From Coriobacteriaceae bacterium (GTDB lineage Bacteria; Actinomycetota; Coriobacteriia; Anaerosomatales; SLCP01): 64,000 bases of DNA. The position numbers and the translations under genes were made by a program. Below the pieces are notes generated by a model that saw nothing but the letters and a program-made list of their open reading frames with translations, did not search any database and was not told the origin of the DNA. Shown in pieces: positions 62,977-64,000 of the stretch (the first letter of the stretch is position 1; every line of letters starts with the position of its first letter). The stretch is from contig PWVH01000129.1 of the NCBI GenBank assembly GCA_003563465.1, positions 429 through 64,428 of the forward strand. The letters are read 5' to 3'.

Positions 62977-64000
62977 ATGCGCAAGATCGACTTCACAGAG
63001 CTGCTCGGAGTCGACCCTGTACCGTGGCTACTGGGCTATGGAGAGCCTTATGCCGTCTGGGCTACTTTGACGGATGTCCTCGGCATGGGCCGCGACGATT
63101 CCGAAGTCACTCAGGCGCATGCGGCGGTAATCGACGACGAAGGGGTGCGCCGTCTGATAGCCGAGTTGCCAGAGTGGGGCTCGGCCGATCAGACCGCGGG
63201 GCACCACACCGCGGGCTTTCTGCCCAACAGACTGAACCTTCTCGCCGACATGGGTGTCGGAGCCGGCGACTTCGGCCGCATCGAAGAGCTGCTCGACCGG
63301 ATGCTAGAAGACCAGGACTCGAGAGGACGCTTTCGGTCACCGGAAGAGACCGCAGGACGTCCGAAGCCCGAGCGGGGATCTTTGCTGTGCGACACCAACG
63401 TCATCACCGACGTGTTGATACGTTTCGGACGCGGCGGCGACTCGCGCGTTCATGCCGCGCTCGAACGCACGGCTGCCGATTTGGCGACAACCCCGCAGGG
63501 ACGTGCTTGGCAGTGCGTTCCCGAACAGCGCTCGCTGTTCAGAGGACCGGGCCGCAGGTCCGACGTTTGCCCTCAGATAACCCTGGAGGGTCTCAGGGCC
63601 TTCTCCCACAAGCCACGCGACAAGCGGCCACCAGCTGTCGCCGACGCGGCACGTACGCCACTTGAAACCTGGCGACGTCGCACCGAAGAGCGGCCCTACG
63701 GGTTCGGACACGGCTACCAGTTCAAGAGCGTCAGATGGCCGAACTTCTTCTACGACGTTCTTTGGGTTCTGGAGACGGTCGGACGCTATCCTGAGCTGTG
63801 GCGCGGCCCGCGTGCACGCAGCGAAGACCGTCGCTCGGTGGCAGAGCTGGCAGCATGCCTGATCGAGTACAACTTCAATCGTGATGGCACCGTGACCCCT
63901 CGGCGGACATATCAAGGGTTTGAGGAGTTCTCCTTCGGCCAGAAGCAATCTCCTTCTCCGTTCGCAACGGCTCGCTCGCTCGGCGCCCTCGTACGCGTGT
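62977..64000 (+). CDS. Hypothetical protein, 5' part only (runs off the window); possibly a prenyltransferase/terpene-cyclase-like alpha/alpha-toroid repeat protein
   Basis: Open frame from ATG 62977 to the window end (341 codons), absent from the ORF track. Reads MRKIDFTELLGVDPVPWLL... with repeated Q/D-x-x-(D/Q)G-x-(F/W)-like segments (DQDSRGRF, TPQGRAW, NRDGTV). High GC3, unlike the Arg-rich ORF 62946-63665 in another frame. Confidence 0.55.
   Translation, partial: MRKIDFTELLGVDPVPWLLGYGEPYAVWATLTDVLGMGRDDSEVTQAHAAVIDDEGVRRLIAELPEWGSADQTAGHHTAGFLPNRLNLLADMGVGAGDFGRIEELLDRMLEDQDSRGRFRSPEETAGRPKPERGSLLCDTNVITDVLIRFGRGGDSRVHAALERTAADLATTPQGRAWQCVPEQRSLFRGPGRRSDVCPQITLEGLRAFSHKPRDKRPPAVADAARTPLETWRRRTEERPYGFGHGYQFKSVRWPNFFYDVLWVLETVGRYPELWRGPRARSEDRRSVAELAACLIEYNFNRDGTVTPRRTYQGFEEFSFGQKQSPSPFATARSLGALVRV

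Noticed and set aside
62946-63665. 239-aa plus ORF from the track as the gene after the tandem repeat.
   Set aside because: It starts inside the tandem repeat and is Arg/Pro/Gly-dominated. The overlapping frame from ATG 62977 has far better coding character.
1-64000. Scan for CRISPR arrays, rRNA, tRNA, prophage or defence islands, and toxin-antitoxin pairs.
   Set aside because: I saw no spaced direct-repeat arrays, no rRNA- or tRNA-like sequences, and no phage structural, integrase or restriction-type ORFs. The only mobile DNA is the decayed IS at 51.9-53.1 kb. This was a by-eye scan, so small ncRNAs could have been missed.

Overview
High-GC (roughly 60-65% by eye) bacterial chromosomal segment, densely coded, with most genes from about 4.1 to 27.3 kb on the minus strand. 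All calls come from reading the six-frame translations and the DNA by eye and recalling family motifs; no searches were run, so all homology statements are recollection. The gene content (hypCDE, four-subunit 2-oxoacid:ferredoxin oxidoreductase, an [FeFe]-hydrogenase-like sensor, many Fe-S and radical-SAM proteins) suggests an anaerobe, possibly an anaerobic Actinomycetota lineage. That taxonomic guess is low-confidence inference.

Most of the window is ordinary housekeeping:
- hypC(partial)-hypD-hypE and pgi
- an acetate-type Na+/solute symporter with a small subunit, and a USP
- a LytS/LytTR and an OmpR-type two-component system
- asd-lysC and porGDAB
- the classic ffs-dnaX-ybaB-recR block (the SRP RNA is not in the ORF track)
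- a sugar ABC operon, mgtE, a trxB-like gene and a GDPD gene
- a liv-type branched-chain amino acid ABC operon, azlCD, a cysK-like gene and cspA
- a decayed IS element, and an MFS (DHA2) exporter

I found no rRNA, tRNA or CRISPR array.

Findings most worth a second look:
1. A HydS-type sensory [FeFe]-hydrogenase module fused directly to a GGDEF diguanylate cyclase (14086-15879). It appears co-transcribed with an orphan AmmeMemoRadiSam-type radical SAM enzyme and a DsbA-like protein.
2. A tightly coupled, functionally uncharacterised Fe-S cluster operon (56318-59699): padR, DUF5320, two NifX-like genes and two MinD-type ATPases with ferredoxin inserts. It sits behind a near-consensus promoter with a perfect palindrome, and is flanked by a MoaE-like gene and a divergent pair of radical SAM enzymes.
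3. Three TGAACGG repeats at exact 21-bp spacing just upstream of a promoter-like element, directly downstream of the LytTR regulator gene.
4. A perfect 14-bp x3.7 tandem repeat (62909-62960).
5. An ECF sigma factor fused to its own zinc anti-sigma and transmembrane module.
6. A bacterial eRF1-like (baeRF-type) gene.
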